Part shown: positions 1 through 15,188 of the stretch, piece by piece | Layout of the letters: each line of letters starts with the position of its first letter | How positions within the stretch are numbered: the stretch's first letter is position 1 | NCBI GenBank assembly: GCA_951406725.2 | Contig: OX597814.1 | Span: 59,644,001-59,708,000 of the forward strand | Direction of reading: 5' to 3' | Origin: Octopus vulgaris | Taxonomy: Eukaryota | DNA: 64,000 nt | Translations under genes and position numbers: made by a program | The notes under the pieces: generated by a model | Seen by the model: the letters and a program-made list of their open reading frames with translations, nothing else | The model's database searches: none | Told to the model about the DNA's origin: nothing

Positions 1-435
1 ACTCCACAAATCCCGTCGCTTTTGCCGTATGTCCTTCTCTCAAACGCTTCAAAACGTCGAAGTAGAATTCTTGATTGACGGTCTGGCCCTGGTGGACGAA
101 TTATCTTGTGCAATACATCATGACAGACCTCGACGCGATGTTCTTTCTGCACAGGGGACTGCAGGCGTGGGACAAACTTGGCATAGACATGCCGCATGTT
201 CACTTTAAACAACACCAGCAATGTCATTGATTATCCTCCGACGATCCTCATGCACAAGCGGATGAATTTTTTTCACATTCCCGGGGTTGACACTTGTGTT
301 AGGTCTTTCAAATTGCATATTGTCATCCAGGGACGTTCTTGAACTTTTAAAATGCCCGTTTCTTTCGTAATATTGCAACGGCTCATTGCCACGTCGCCAT
401 AAACTTGCCGAAGAATACTCAATGCCACAAGTTTA
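1..435 (-). mobile_element. Mariner transposase remnant, internally deleted, runs off the window start
   Basis: Minus-strand frames give LRQVYGDVAMSR (HTH N-terminus), KFVPRLQSPVQKEHRVEVCHD (WVPREL-like linker) and FVHQGQTVNQEFYFDVLKRLRE. The catalytic segment between the last two is missing and the frames shift. Confidence 0.8.
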
Positions 436-1340
436 AAGGATATTTTCACGATACCATATTGCAATGGGAGCAGTTTTGAAGATATAAACCCCGTTTCTTT
501 GTACGCTAATTCCATAGTACACAATGCAATCATCAGCTGCATGTTAACGTCATCGTTCGGTTCGTTCTTTATGGATATGAATGATTGTGGTTGTATACAA
601 GTGATTCTCACCCATTTGGATATCAAAGTGTGGGGATGGATCCCTGAAGTTTGACTCTTGAATGTGGAACTTGAGAATATAATTTCTATATGCAAGAACC
701 TGAGAATTTATCTTGTATGTGCATTCTAGTCAGACGCACTCAAGCATGAAATTGATCAGACATCGTCGCGCGCGCACACACTCACACATGCTCATACACC
801 CACACGTACAGATACAATTGCACATTCATAAATACATAAACGTATGCGTGTTTATATATAATATACATATATATATATGTGTGTCTCTACCTATCTGTAT
901 ATGTATATATATATACATATATGTATGTGTGTGTTTTCTACACACACATACATACTCGTACCTACATTTACAAGTATACATATGTATATGCGTGTCCATT
1001 TCTACCTGTGTGTTTAAGGGAAAATCGATCGTTATGCGGCTAACAACATTTCGAAATATTATATTGAAAGAAACAAGGTTTCAATCATATCAAAATGTTG
1101 CCACAATATAAAGTACGCTTGTAGCCGGACAATTAGGAAATCGATATAAAACCTGACTGATCAAGCAGTGAAATAGTAACATATACTTGACTAAAGATCT
1201 GATAGAAATAATAAAATGCATGGATAATCTTGATGTCAAGTTATAGCAATGCTTCTAAAAAATATCCGTGTGAGAGAAACATTTCTGCAACAACGTATGT
1301 CATTATAATTATTAAAACTTGCCCTCTGAAATATACAGAT

Positions 1341-1392
<52 letters not shown>

Positions 1393-1577
1393 CCATAATA
1401 GATCGCTAGCCACTACACCTTCTTTATTTTCTCTCTGTTTTTTTCTCTATTCCTTTCTGTGGAAGAGCGTAGGCAAGAAACGTTAAAGATATTTTCACTT
1501 CTCGAGCGTTATACAAATACATCTGTTTGTTGTCTACACCACCTGTCTTCGTCTTTTGTATTTTTTAGGAATCCTCC

Positions 1578-1580
<3 letters not shown>

Positions 1581-1624
<44 letters not shown>

Positions 1625-1629
1625 CAGAC

Positions 1630-1687
<58 letters not shown>

Positions 1688-1757
1688 ATATATAGATAAA
1701 TAGATACATACATACATACATACATACATACATACATACATACATACATACATACAT
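1581..1757. repeat. Compound microsatellite (TA)n-(CAGA)n-(TAGA)n-(TACA)n
   Basis: Read directly; explains the low-complexity ORFs at 1509-1783. Confidence 0.95.
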
Positions 1758-2401
1758 AAAAGAAATAGAGCAATAATTAACAATTAGAAATTGATCATTG
1801 TCATTAAGAGGTCATAGTTGAATTGTAATTAAGCAACATTTACAGCTGTTTCAGTCTGCTATTTTTGAAGACTAGTTGAGCAACGGTGTTAGTCGAAACT
1901 GTCATACCTGGTAGTAATATTTGTGTAACACTGTTTGAGATCGCTAGATAAGTCCCTATAAATGCAAATAATGCCCTTGTAAAAATTAAGGATGCTCTTA
2001 AAATTTTAAGAGCGTTTTATGGAATAAATTTGGGTTAAGTAAAAGGTATAATAAATATATAAATATGTAAATAAAGATGTTATTATGAGCGGCGCGGGTT
2101 GTCTAATCGTTAATATAATTTTAAAAAAACAATACAGTCGGATTGAATAGGCTAAATCGCACGTTTAATCGTATTTATATTTGTGGCGACCCTAGGAATT
2201 AGTATGTCAGTCAGTGATCTAACTTTGAGATCACTAATTTAGTTATTCTCTCACTCCCTCTACGTCATAGCTATTACTCTCACTACTTCTCCTTCACTGA
2301 CTTATAATATCCCCCTCTCCCTTCACCATTCACTCCTACTGAGTAACTTTGGACAAATATATTTATACAAATATTAAAATACTATGCTCGTTATTATATT
2401 A

Positions 2402-2444
<43 letters not shown>

Positions 2445-2754
2445 TTCAGCAAGATTTAGATTCAGATGAATATGTTACTTAAGTCAAAGACACCAGAATT
2501 TTGTATGGTATTATCCATGGGGTGATTACAGTCAAAATAAACAACAAATACACCTGAGGTAATGTAGTACAATCGTTTCATGCTACTTCATTTTATTAAA
2601 TTTACTCTCTAACTGTACAGCCAGAGAGTAAATTTAATAATATCATGTTCTTAAGAATGAAACCAACCTCTCTGTCAGTATATCTACCCTCTTTATAATG
2701 TTGGCAAACGAAATAGAAATAAGAATGTGCATTATCTGTTTGATTGGAAAATGT

Positions 2755-2900
2755 CGCAACTCACTTTTACAGCTGAGTGAACTAGAGCAATGTGAAATAA
2801 AGTGTCATGCTCAAGAACACTACATCCTGCATCGGGGATCGAACTCACTTTCTCATGATTATGAGCCTTACACTCTAACCACTCAGTCATGCGCCTTCAC
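2755..2900 (-). mobile_element. tRNA-derived SINE, 5' part
   Basis: Minus strand: gtgaaggcgcatgactgagtggttagag (A-box-like) ... gagttcgatccc (B-box), followed by the CORE-like gtgttcttgagcatgacactttatttcac. Confidence 0.7.
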
Positions 2901-4528
2901 ACGATATATGTGTGTGTGTGTATGTATGTATGTGTATATACATACATGCTTACATACATATCTACATACGCAGGGAAGGAAGAGTAGGTGCAAGCGTATG
3001 AGAATGAGAAATTAGATAGGAGTGTGGTAGCAGATGAGGAGGAAAATATATTCTGTATTATATTTGATGGGTGCAATATGAAAAGCAACATGGAAAGAGA
3101 ACAAAGGACTAAGCACAATTAACAAAGAAATCTTATAGAATTTTGAGAAACCATAAAAAATTCACGAAAGCATACACAGAAACCAAAAAATCAAAACATT
3201 CGAAACCGAATTAAAGATGTAATTTAAAAGACTTATTTATTATGTCTACGGACGAATTAGATAAGATTCTTAAACTAGAACACGGTTACTGGAAGCCAAT
3301 TTTTTGTCGGCACAGAAAGAGCAGACTGAATGATTGAATGAATGAATGAATGAATGATATATGCTGAATGTTCATCTTTGTAAAAAAATCTTGACCGACA
3401 TGCTAGAGGGAGAAAGATTGGTCATTTCAACAGTTGGCATTCTCTGTTGATTTAACAATGGGATTGAGAAATTCTTCGTCCAGAGGCAATAAAGAAAAAT
3501 ACTCGTGAAAATAATAGTAGTGGCTAATTTTGTTGTTCAGGGAATTCTAAAGAATATGAATACGTTTTGTGTTTGGGAGATTCGGTGAGAAAACATTAAT
3601 AATTCCAACACCAGCACTTGCATGAACACTGATAATATAATAAAATAAATAAAACATTTGACATTGTAGACTCATTCGAAAAACTACAATAACAGCAGTG
3701 ATAGTGTCTATAGTAATGTTACCGTCATAAAAACAAGTAAGATTAATAATAGCAATAAAAAACAGACGACATCATTTCAATGCTACATCTATGTGGGCCT
3801 TAGGTTTATTCAGACATTTGACAACATGTCTGCGGGGTGCAAGGTATAGAAATAAAAACATTATGCGACGAAATGTACAATGAGTCAATAATATTTAAAT
3901 GTGTCTATCATGTTGTAGTACGAGTGGAGAAGACTTTGGAGATACCATTAATGATCTCGCACTTCTCGTAAAACGTAGGAGGGTGACATCGTCATCTTTC
4001 TCAGACGAACCGCTTCAGGATACAACTTCCTGCGATAAAATCTAACAATTGCAATTAAAACTTCGAATATTAACCACTTATTTCTAAGAACTTGACATCC
4101 TATGGAGAGTAGATTTTAGGTTACTAAGGCTCTGCAGTTCACTTAATTTCCAATTTATAACGAAAGTCTATTTTATGACGTTGGTGGTTAGTGTATAATA
4201 TTACTGGAATAATGTTCAATTTTTAGTATTGCTCTGAATTTTCTGAAATACACTTTTGTAACTATCTCCTTAATTCCTGTACATTTTATCTCATAACATT
4301 CATCTTGTACTTTTTGTCTGCAGTTCATTGTTAATTACCTTATTTCAGTCAAGATGTTATTATTATTGAAGTTGAGAAATTGAAAAGGTCGTTTGAGCAT
4401 CGAATAAAACGTTTCTACGAATATTCATACTGTCAGACGAAATCACACCTAGTTTACTTCAGCTAAAATACCAAGAATTAATAGAATAACACCAAACTTT
4501 GCGTTGAGAGTATACTAGACATGATTGA

Positions 4529-4580
<52 letters not shown>

Positions 4581-4582
<2 letters not shown>

Positions 4583-4768
4583 GGCGACGCACCGACAGAG
4601 TCGTATGCATGCCGGGCAAGATGGCTAGCGTTCAGTTCGTCCGGTTAACTTTACCTATCACACTTTTGGGGTCGATAAAGTAAGTATCAGATGAGTATTG
4701 GGTCGATGTAATCGACTTATCCACTTGCAACAAGTTGCTGGCCTTGTATCCAAAGTTGAAACAATAAC
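4581..4768 (+). mobile_element. Octopus-type tRNA-derived SINE family A (OK-like), degenerate
   Basis: Starts aaggcg after (ATT)n and contains ggggtcgataaagtaagtatcag...gggtcgatgtaatcgact, shared with more than 10 copies in the window. Confidence 0.75.
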
Positions 4769-4789
4769 AATTACTTGGTTCCGTCTTAC

Positions 4790-5875
<1,086 letters not shown>

Positions 5876-5900
5876 TGTATCAAGCCTTTTATTATTAATA

Positions 5901-6096
5901 CTAGCTGACCCAGTGCAGTCAAAAATGATGGATAATTATAGCATTTTATATATAAGTAAGGTACAAAATAAGGTACATAATAATCACAGATACAAACCTT
6001 CACATACCTCCCTTGTACACGTACACACACACACACACACACTTACACTCATACAGAGTTCAAAGTTATTTCAAGCACGTTCTAAATATATATAGA
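5901..6096 (-). mobile_element. Possible short non-autonomous Helitron remnant
   Basis: Minus strand A|TCtatatatatttaga ... CTAG|T termini resemble those of 14749-15188; the subterminal hairpin is weak. Confidence 0.4.
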
Positions 6097-7139
6097 TCTC
6101 AATCTGATAAGGAATCGTGACGGAATTGCAGAACGAAGGATAATGTTTCCTTGTTCAAAGACCAAAATCTGGTAAACGAAAAGCTATTCTACCACTATTT
6201 CACAAATTAAGAGAGCCTGCTGTAAAAATATAAAGATGAATTTCAGGCTGCCAGGTTCAACGTGTAGATCAACATCTTATCCACCCACCTAGGCAAGAGT
6301 TAAGTTACTGTCTGCTTTACCTTCAGCACTTACTGCGAAGAAAATAGTTGGTTGTTCTCTGGTAGCCAAATTTCCATATCATCCTTGCTAACACATTATC
6401 TGTGGAAATTGGAGGTTCATATGCCGATATTACTTGAGCGTTGACAGAGTGGCAAGTACATACCGGGGGATTCATTAAAATAAAACTATATTGTTCTAGG
6501 TGAAACATGAAACCGATATAGTCAACAGAGATGATATAGAGAAACTTTCATGCATTTATGGAGGAGCAGATTTTGTGCTTTTACGGGTAAATCTTTTAAT
6601 ATACACTCTGCAGATCTGTATGTTAGATGTAATATATGATAAATTACATTCCCTATAAAGTTGCCACTTACAATTAAGCTAACAGAAAAATAGACGAATA
6701 TATAGAAAAATATTTTCATGGAATAGAATTTACCATAGAACGAAACGCTAGATTTCGTAATATTCATGTCTTGACCCACGTCTCTACGCGTGTAAATGCT
6801 GTGCTTTATTTTTCTGAGATCAATTAACCATTCTACTCTGATTAGTTAACGTAGGCGTATATGAGAAAATATTCGTTGGTTACCAATCAAGTACAATTAC
6901 AATTTAATATTCTGTTACATAAATGGCTATTTTAATCTGATCCTGCTTCTATTGCATCTAATCGTCTCTTTTTACTCATCCGTACGGTTACCTGTATCAC
7001 CAGAAATGTTTTTCCTATGTTTTAGTATATCTTTGGTGGCAGGTTTCCTCTAAGCATACACGCAGTGAATATACGTTATTGATAACGTCTAACGAAATAA
7101 AACAGAAATGCAATTAATCGCTGCTGGGACCGGCTCTCA

Positions 7140-7188
<49 letters not shown>

Positions 7189-7947
7189 AAAAACAGCACG
7201 ACAGTAGGTACTATTATTATCTCCAGTCGACTAACGCAGATTTTACCTATGAGAGGGGTATTTACATTAAGTATGATACACGAATGACCATATTAATCTG
7301 ATACACCTTGTATTGCCCCTTCTATTGCCAATAATAGATATTGTTGCTAGTTAACACCTTTTTAAATGTTGTTACAATAAGAAAGATATTTGAAGCAAAC
7401 GGTATATGGGGAGTAGAAAGTAAAGGCAAAGTATACAGCAGAATAGATACTGCTGAATAAGTAGGTTAAAAGTAAAAATTATTTTCAGAAAGAAAGTATT
7501 AATCAAAAATGGAAAAGTGTAATAAAAGGAAAAGAAGAATGTATACAAAATGTTCAGCAGACAGAAATAAGAGATATGAAATCAAATGTATATAGAAGGA
7601 TACAAATATAGACGCGCGCACGGACGAATTTGTACAATAGTGAGAAGCAGAGCAAGAAAGAGAAAGAGAGAGACAGAGACGCAGAGAGAGAGCGAGTCGG
7701 ACACATAAGGAGCTTAGATGGAAATGTAGAAAACAAAGCAAAGTAAATCATGAGAATTATGCGAACAATCAAAAATGAATATCATAGAAGTTGCTTAAAA
7801 TGTGCAGCGTCATTAAGATACAGTAGGCCCCACCCTCACCATACGCACACACATAAAATAATATATGCGTGTATATATATATACATACAACATATATATA
7901 CGCACATATATATATATATATATAAACTCACACACATACACTACATG

Positions 7948-7990
<43 letters not shown>

Positions 7991-8195
7991 CATGATTATT
8001 GCTCTTTTACTTTTGTTTGGAGAATAAAAAATACCATCTTGAGAAAATCAATATAATAAGAGCAGAGTAAAAATATTGTATATTTATTTCAGCTGGCACG
8101 AATATCAGGCACAGAGCTTCGCCTGTGCAGCAGACAACTCTGTTTGCAACCTGAAAAATCCTAACGCAATGTCAGTCTCCGAAATTCATATATTA

Positions 8196-8232
<37 letters not shown>

Positions 8233-8254
8233 TGTGTCTGTGTCTGTGTGCGTT

Positions 8255-8700
8255 CGAGGTGGCATCAAGTAGTTCTCGGACTAGTTCTGTAGCGCGCCGA
8301 CTGATAGCAGCACACGGTTGCATGCGCAGTGAGAGCTGGTAGTGAGTTTATGATGGAGTGTGCCAAGTGACATTGTTGTGTTTCCTTTGCGGGTTGTGAA
8401 ATTAATATTTTTTGTCATCACGTGTACACTGTTCTGTGCGATTTTGTCATGGACATGAATTTGGAGAGACGACATTCGGCGAAAGCGTCCGGATATGAGG
8501 AGCACGTACAATTATATTTTTCACAACTACAATGTACTCTGTCACCGAGATCTCCTGATACGTGAGTTTCTCTCTAAAATCAACACCGTATTGCTTCCAC
8601 ATCCGCCCTATTCTGAGATAAATTCCACTTGGTCATATTGAAAATATCTTGGACACCCTACGAACATTTCAGCCTACCCTGGTGCAATGAGGGCAAAAAG
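8255..8700 (+). mobile_element. Internally deleted mariner remnant
   Basis: TIR-like start cgaggtggcatcaagtagttctcggactag. MDMNLE is joined directly to RDDIRRKRPDM...FHNYNVLCHRDLLIREFLSKINTVLLPHPPYS (HDNA and PHPPYSPDL motifs). Confidence 0.75.
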
Positions 8701-11700
8701 AAAGGATTTTAGACAGCATATTTTTACGTACACCTCTTGGTTTAATGTGCTGGTGGGGCCCTTAGATCGTCGGAAAACTATCTCGGGGTAATTGTTCTGG
8801 TTCTCTACATTTCTGTTCAAATCTCACCAATGTCAACGTTACTGAGGTCGATAAAATATACTACCAGTGAAATATTGTGGTCGATGATATAGAGTATCTC
8901 TGTCAACTCAAAATTATTACCTTTAAGCCAAGGTCAATTATGCATTTCATACTTTCGGAAGTTGACAAAATAAGTACCAGTTGTGCACTGGCGTCGGTGT
9001 AATAAACTAACCCACTCCTTTCCAAATTTCGGATCGTTTGCCAAAACTTAAAACCCATTGCCAAAACTTAAAAACCATTATTTTTTAATTATTTATTCAT
9101 TTATTTTTTATTTAATCAGCCTCTTATCTTTTCGGTCCTTTATATTTTCTTAACCTCACTTTCTTTTGACGCCTTTTTCTTTTTGGCGGAATCATGACTT
9201 GAGAGTCATAACATCCTATTACAAAATACTGTCTTCATAACTGCTGAAGGTCTATACCACAAATTCGGTTGCTTTTAAAGATAAGCAGGTTGCAATAATA
9301 CAAGTCGTTGTCTAAGAGACTATTAAACCACTCCTTCTATAGTATGGTACTCTCATATATTTGGTATACTACACGTATTCTCTAACATGGAAGACTCGTA
9401 AATGATCAAAGACACTTCATGTAACGAAGAGAAAAGCAAAGTATAAATATCGACTTTTACGCCAACTTTCGATAAAAGAAAAACATGGACTAAGCGGAGC
9501 ACACACGAGGGTAGAAAGTGTCGCTGAAGAGGTCCCAGATGTGTGGTGAAAGATTTCTGGACAATGCACATGAGTTAGAATAAGAACAGCAATAAACGAG
9601 TGAAGAACGATTATATAGAGAGCTTGTTTATTTGGCATAAATTAAATAATAATAAAAATGACCATCCCGAAATACAGCAATGAAAAAGCACTACTGCCTA
9701 ACTTGTGTTAGGTGTTTTTGATTGAAAACATTGTATTTTGCTGGGGCCGGACAACTGCGCACAAAAATGTAAAGAACTGAATTCAGATCAACCTTTTCGT
9801 TCATTTCAATGCAACCACCACAAATGTCTATTTTTATTCCCTCTATAGCCCTAGAACGGCTTAGTATATAGTAGCGGTGTTACACTTTTAAATTGACTCC
9901 TAGTAGATAATATATCACATGCAAATGTAGACCATTCTTGGCCATGGATTACAAGCTAGTTTTATTGAACTAGTGAGTGCCCACATAACAGTGATCATGA
10001 AAAGATACCATCTATCATTCATCTATCTATTTCTTTACTTTATCATAGTGACAATAACGACTCATCTTATCTGACATATCGTTTAAATTGAAGAGTACAT
10101 GCAATTTAGATAGTAACTGTAGTTTATATGAAAAAGAATTGGCAGTACCAATAGCAGTTTGGACAGAATGCCTTGCGGTATTTAATTGTGTTTGTTTATG
10201 CTAAGAGTTCAGATCCGTAGTTTTTCTTCTGGTGTCCACAAAGATGTACCAGACTCTTACCGAGTTGATGTAATTGACTATATCATCCCCCAAAGCGTAA
10301 CTTCGTGTGTATGTCAGAAACCGTCACTAACTGCATAATATCATTGGAGAGGAAAGCACTTGTCTTCGATATAAAATCAATATATTCATGGAACATATTA
10401 GCTTTACAGTGTTCGTAGAAATTTCTTTCCGTGTAGATATTCAGAAATCTGTGGACAATCTATAAATATCAAGTCCTTCATTTTTTACATTACATTACAT
10501 AAGTATATAGCATTTAATTTGGACGCTGTAACTATCCTGGTGTTTTTATGCTAAATCTAGAATTTAAAGAAATAATTTTAAAAGTTTAAACATTATTATA
10601 CCTTTTCACATTAGATCTTAAAAGATGAATCAAAATAAATGATTATAGAGCCATTTTGGATAGTTGATTAAACAGCAATTTACGTTTTTGCATTCAAAAG
10701 CCTTATACAAATGTCAGAGATGAAACTGTTAATGATTTTCTTTTCTTAAGGGAATGTAAGATATAAAGCATCGTAGTATTATATTCTCTAATGAAGAATA
10801 TTAAGATATATGCGAACATTTCAGATATTTCGTTCGATCGTTAAAGAAACCTCAGATTAGAGTATGTGAAAAATATTTCCAGAGATAAAATGAGCGAAAT
10901 GCTAGTCAAATATATTATATGTATGTCCTTCACTTGCTTAGTTCAAACCACATCGATAAAACATCTTATTTTCGTACAGTGATAACACAATGATTTCTTC
11001 GCTAAAATATGACATTTTCTTTTAACAGATTTATGGCACAGCACCAAAATTATGATCCGATACTTTTTTAGATTACTATAATTATCACTAAATTTAGGAT
11101 GTACATACTTTGCACATCAAACACATGATTGCTTCTATATCAGCGTAACAAGAAAGTTGTTTCTCTCGTTGTCGTTGCTTAACACAATAATCCCTGATAT
11201 AGAGAACGCTTATTACTAAGTCTGCTTGTAAATACATCTAAATTTAGAAATATATATTTTCAGTGTCTGTTCATTTTTTAAGACAGAAGGACGCAATTTA
11301 AGTGAGATATAACCGTTAATTTAAGATATCGATCAATTTTATGTAGCTTCCCATTTTGCTCGTAGAAATTTTCTGTAGACTGGGGGCTTGTTAGAAATGT
11401 TTTAAACATTAGATATATGACAAACTAAGATATTGAATTTGTTTCGGTAAAATACCGAGTTTACAGTTAAATGATACATAGAGATGTTGATCATTACATA
11501 CCTTACTCAAAATGAACGAGTGAACTGGAATTTTGTCGTGATGTTATTAGTATATAGCACAGACACAAAACTAATAATTTAGCGTAGGGTACTATTAATG
11601 TACTTACACATTTTATGGAGCACGGAAGGACCAAACACACTGTACTCCACGGCTAGATATGAGATCAAATCGTAAAATAGAAGTAATTAAACACTACAAT

Positions 11701-11718
11701 GTTTTCTTTTCCGATGCT

Positions 11719-12030
11719 TTACAGAATCTGCAAGGTACCGTCTTTCAATAAACAGAAATAATACTGATTTAATATAGAACCTTGTCTTACATCAGTTTGA
11801 ACTGTGAAAGTATCTGTAGCTTTGCCATTGTGGATGACTTGAGTAGCTGTGCCGTAATAGAAATTTTGGATGATACTGATGATTTTCAGTTGAATAATAT
11901 AGTGCTGCATCAACCCGCAGATTACTCCCAAGTCCACACTTTTGAAGACTTTGTCAAAATCAACGAAAGCGATGAAAAGCGGGCTCTACCATTTAATCGA
12001 TTATTCAAAGAAAATAGATGCTCCACAGAG
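11719..12030 (-). pseudogene. RTE-clade LINE reverse transcriptase fragment
   Basis: PLFIAFVDFDKVFKSVD...IISIIQNFY...HNGKATDTFTVQTDVRQGSIL match the RT motifs FVDFxKAFDSV and GVRQGCIL. Confidence 0.75.
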
Positions 12031-12884
12031 CCTGTGACACGGGAAGGATATTTGATTATTTTTATCTGTTTCTCTTTTTTTTTTTTTTGTAGAGATATTA
12101 GATATCATATTTCATTGGAATAAAATTATGGAGTGTTTTGATTGTGATCTAGTAATAAGACATCAGGTGAAATTTAGGATACTCGAGTTGACTTAGTGAA
12201 AATTGATTTCAAGATACTACTCATATTCTAATTATTGGTCGGATGACTGCATTCGAGAAAAAGAAAGTATTATCAAGTACATGTAATTCTAATAATAAAG
12301 CGCCTAAATAAAATTTAGATTTAACATATTGTCTATTTTCTTATGTTAGCAAAAGGTCAAAGCTATAGATTTTCTTAAGATGAAAAACTTCGATTACATC
12401 GATGGTAACTTTTCAGCTGTACATTATTCGTCGACCGAGGCTACATATCTTTCGACTCTAGCGGGATTTCAATTCAACAGTTTAAATGCTGTAACTAAAG
12501 GCTCGACATCAGAAATAGAACTTTTGGGTATACGCGTAAAACTAAAATACAGTTGTTAATAATTTGGGTGAATGCCTGCTACATTGCAACTAAATTATCA
12601 GAGGAGCGTTTCTGCTTTGTCTTCTTGAAATAACTATATAAAAAAATGTATGAATAGCATTTGCTTTCCAATATTGCTTTCTAGCTTGGGCAAACAAATA
12701 TAGATTGCTTTGTGTGAAAGTAAAAAATAATCCACTATATCAACGCATGGAGGGCAACGAAATGAAAAACAAAGCATCTCAAGTCAACAACGGTAGTATT
12801 AAAATTCAGAATATGAAATACTGTAACTATGAATCTGACAGTCCACCTTATTGTTTCGTAATATTAATCAGTTTAAAATAAGGA

Positions 12885-13295
12885 TGTGATAGTTCTGGGC
12901 AAAATTAAGAACAGAAGAATTTGACTAACGATGTTATTTTTTTGACTGACAATTCCTAGTAAGAAAGAATAAATAAGAAGACACAAGATATAAATAATGT
13001 CGAGTCGAAAATATATCTGTAATAGTTCTAGGCAAAATTAAGAACAGGGGAATTTGACTAATGATGTTACTTTTTTGACTGACAATTCCTAATAAGAAAG
13101 AATAAATAAGCAAACACATGACATAAAGAATGTCGAGTCAAAAATATATCTGTAATAGTTCAAGGCAAAATTAAGAATAGGGGAATTTGACTGATGATGT
13201 TATTTTTTTTTTTTTTTTACTGAAAATTCCTAGTAAAAAAGAATAAAAAGCTAACACAAGACATAAAGAGTGTCGAGTCGAAAATATATCTGGAT
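12885..13295. repeat. Tandem repeat, three copies of a ~133-bp unit
   Basis: agttct(g/a)ggcaaaattaagaac...tgtcgagtcgaaaatatatctg recurs, with unit starts near 12891, 13024 and 13157. Confidence 0.9.
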
Positions 13296-13334
13296 AACTA
13301 ACTGACTGTAGGTTATATGAAAATATACACTATC

Positions 13335-13566
13335 TTATATTTGTTTCAGTCCATTAAACTACGGCCATATTGGGGCCCAACCAAGAATATTTTTGTCGCG
13401 AAACTCGATCCCAGAATTTATTTTTCTTGTGAAGCTGGTGCTTATTCTATCGGTCTCTTTGCGGAACACCTAATTTACGGGGAGGTAAACACACAAACAC
13501 TGATTGTCAAGCAGTGGGGGTAGCGCAAACAGAGACGCAAAGACACACACGGACATACATACATAC

Positions 13567-13624
<58 letters not shown>

Positions 13625-13790
13625 ATATGTGTGTGTTTCTGTGTGGGGGGTGCGTGTGTGTGTGTGATGGTTTTCTTTCAGTTTCTCTCTACCGAATTCA
13701 TTCATAAGGCTTGGTCGCCCTGGGGTTATAGAAGATACTTGTGCAATGTTCCACGCAGAACAATGTGGTGGGGAAGCAAGCTTCTTACCG
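13335..13790 (-). mobile_element. CORE-type tRNA SINE family B (OR2-like) with internal microsatellite
   Basis: Homologous to 50357-50855 (cttattctatcggtctcttt, ctttcagttt..ctacc, aagcaagcttcttacc). Confidence 0.75.
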
Positions 13791-13852
13791 CAAATATGCA
13801 CACACACACACAAACACATACACACACACAAACGCATATATAAGTTCAGTCT

Positions 13853-13892
<40 letters not shown>

Positions 13893-13895
13893 GAT

Positions 13896-13948
<53 letters not shown>

Positions 13949-14748
13949 AACATACGTCTGTTCCTGTATGTTCGTTTGTATGTACGTATATGTAAATATA
14001 TGTGTGTGTGTCTGCGTGTGTTATTATATGTGAGTGCAATGTATGTTCGAGCGTCGAGTGCAATGATATAACCTTGGAATCAGAGAACCATGTATATACA
14101 CGAATTTAAACAGCAAAAAATTATGTTTACTATATTGATATAATTATACAGTTGCGTGTTGGGGATGATAGTTTAGAAATGTGTACGCTTGCGGAAGAAT
14201 TTCAGTATGATTGTACATTCGAGTATGTGTTACTGTCTTTGAGTATATAATCTGTGTGTATGCCTATATCTTGGTAATAAATTGTATGTGTATATCTCTC
14301 CGTATACAGCATGGACGTACACCTACTTGATAATCAGTAATCCCATATTACTCATCTCAAAACATCTAGTAAGAAGATTAGTTTTCCATTAATCTTACAA
14401 AAGTTAAAAGTTTGAATACAAAAATAGGCCATTGCTGGATTTAGCCTGAAGAAAGATATCCGCAAATACTATTTCAAAATATTAATTTTCTTGAAAATAA
14501 AAGCTAAAATAGAAAAATAACACGCATGTACGCAGGCACGCATACATGCGCCACTACACATACACACATATGTGCATATTAACATTCACATACAAATACA
14601 CACGCACACAGATAAATATGTACAGACATAGATATATCTCTTGGTATATATGTGTTTTTCTATATATGTGTGTCATCTCGTTTCAGAGAAAGACAGTTAA
14701 GGACTATTAAAGCCCATTCAAAAATTCATAAGTGCAATTTATTAAATA

Positions 14749-15188
14749 CTAGCAGCATAGCCCGGCGTTGCCCGGGTATGTAAGAGCCCCTAGTAGGCAA
14801 CGACTAATCCCAATCTAGTCCTTTCCCTCTAGGGAACGAAGGCGCATGTGCAGGTTGCAATGTCTTCTCTTCACTCGAATACTTCTGTGTATACGATGTT
14901 CCTAGCTGTCCCTTTGGGCGATAAAAAGGTCGAGTTGTGTCCCCTAGGCAGAAAATGTGTTGCATATAAAAAGCTTAGATTCTCGACCCCATGTCGAATT
15001 TATCGATTCTTTTCAGAACTGGGGAAACTTTTCAAAATTTTAGCTGCGTTAGTTTTGAATTATGACATTGGGCTATGTGTGTGTCAAGTTTCATCAGAAT
15101 CGGTTGAAAGCCGTGGTCAGGGTGAGGGTACAACCTGACAGACACACAGACACACAGACAGACAAACTGCCGTTTATATATAGAAAGA
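14749..15188 (-). mobile_element. Non-autonomous Helitron, 440 bp
   Basis: On the minus strand: 5' TC end, 3' CTAG end, subterminal hairpin CCCGG-gcaacg-CCGGG 7 nt before CTAG, insertion between A and T with no TSD. Internal (CAGA)-type microsatellite and aagtttcatcagaatcgg block as in Lep1-like elements. Confidence 0.85.

Noticed and set aside
1396-1560. Hammerhead-like gtggaagagcgtaggcaagaaacgtta (1459-1485)
   Set aside because: The core box and stem II are both broken; probably a dead pLTR remnant and not callable as a ribozyme.
9522-9560. CTGAAGA...GAAA spacing resembling a hammerhead
   Set aside because: No stem II adjacent to the core and no stem I pairing.
12885-13295. Regular repeats as a possible CRISPR array
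   Set aside because: Whole units are repeated with no unique spacers, the context is eukaryotic, and there are no cas genes.
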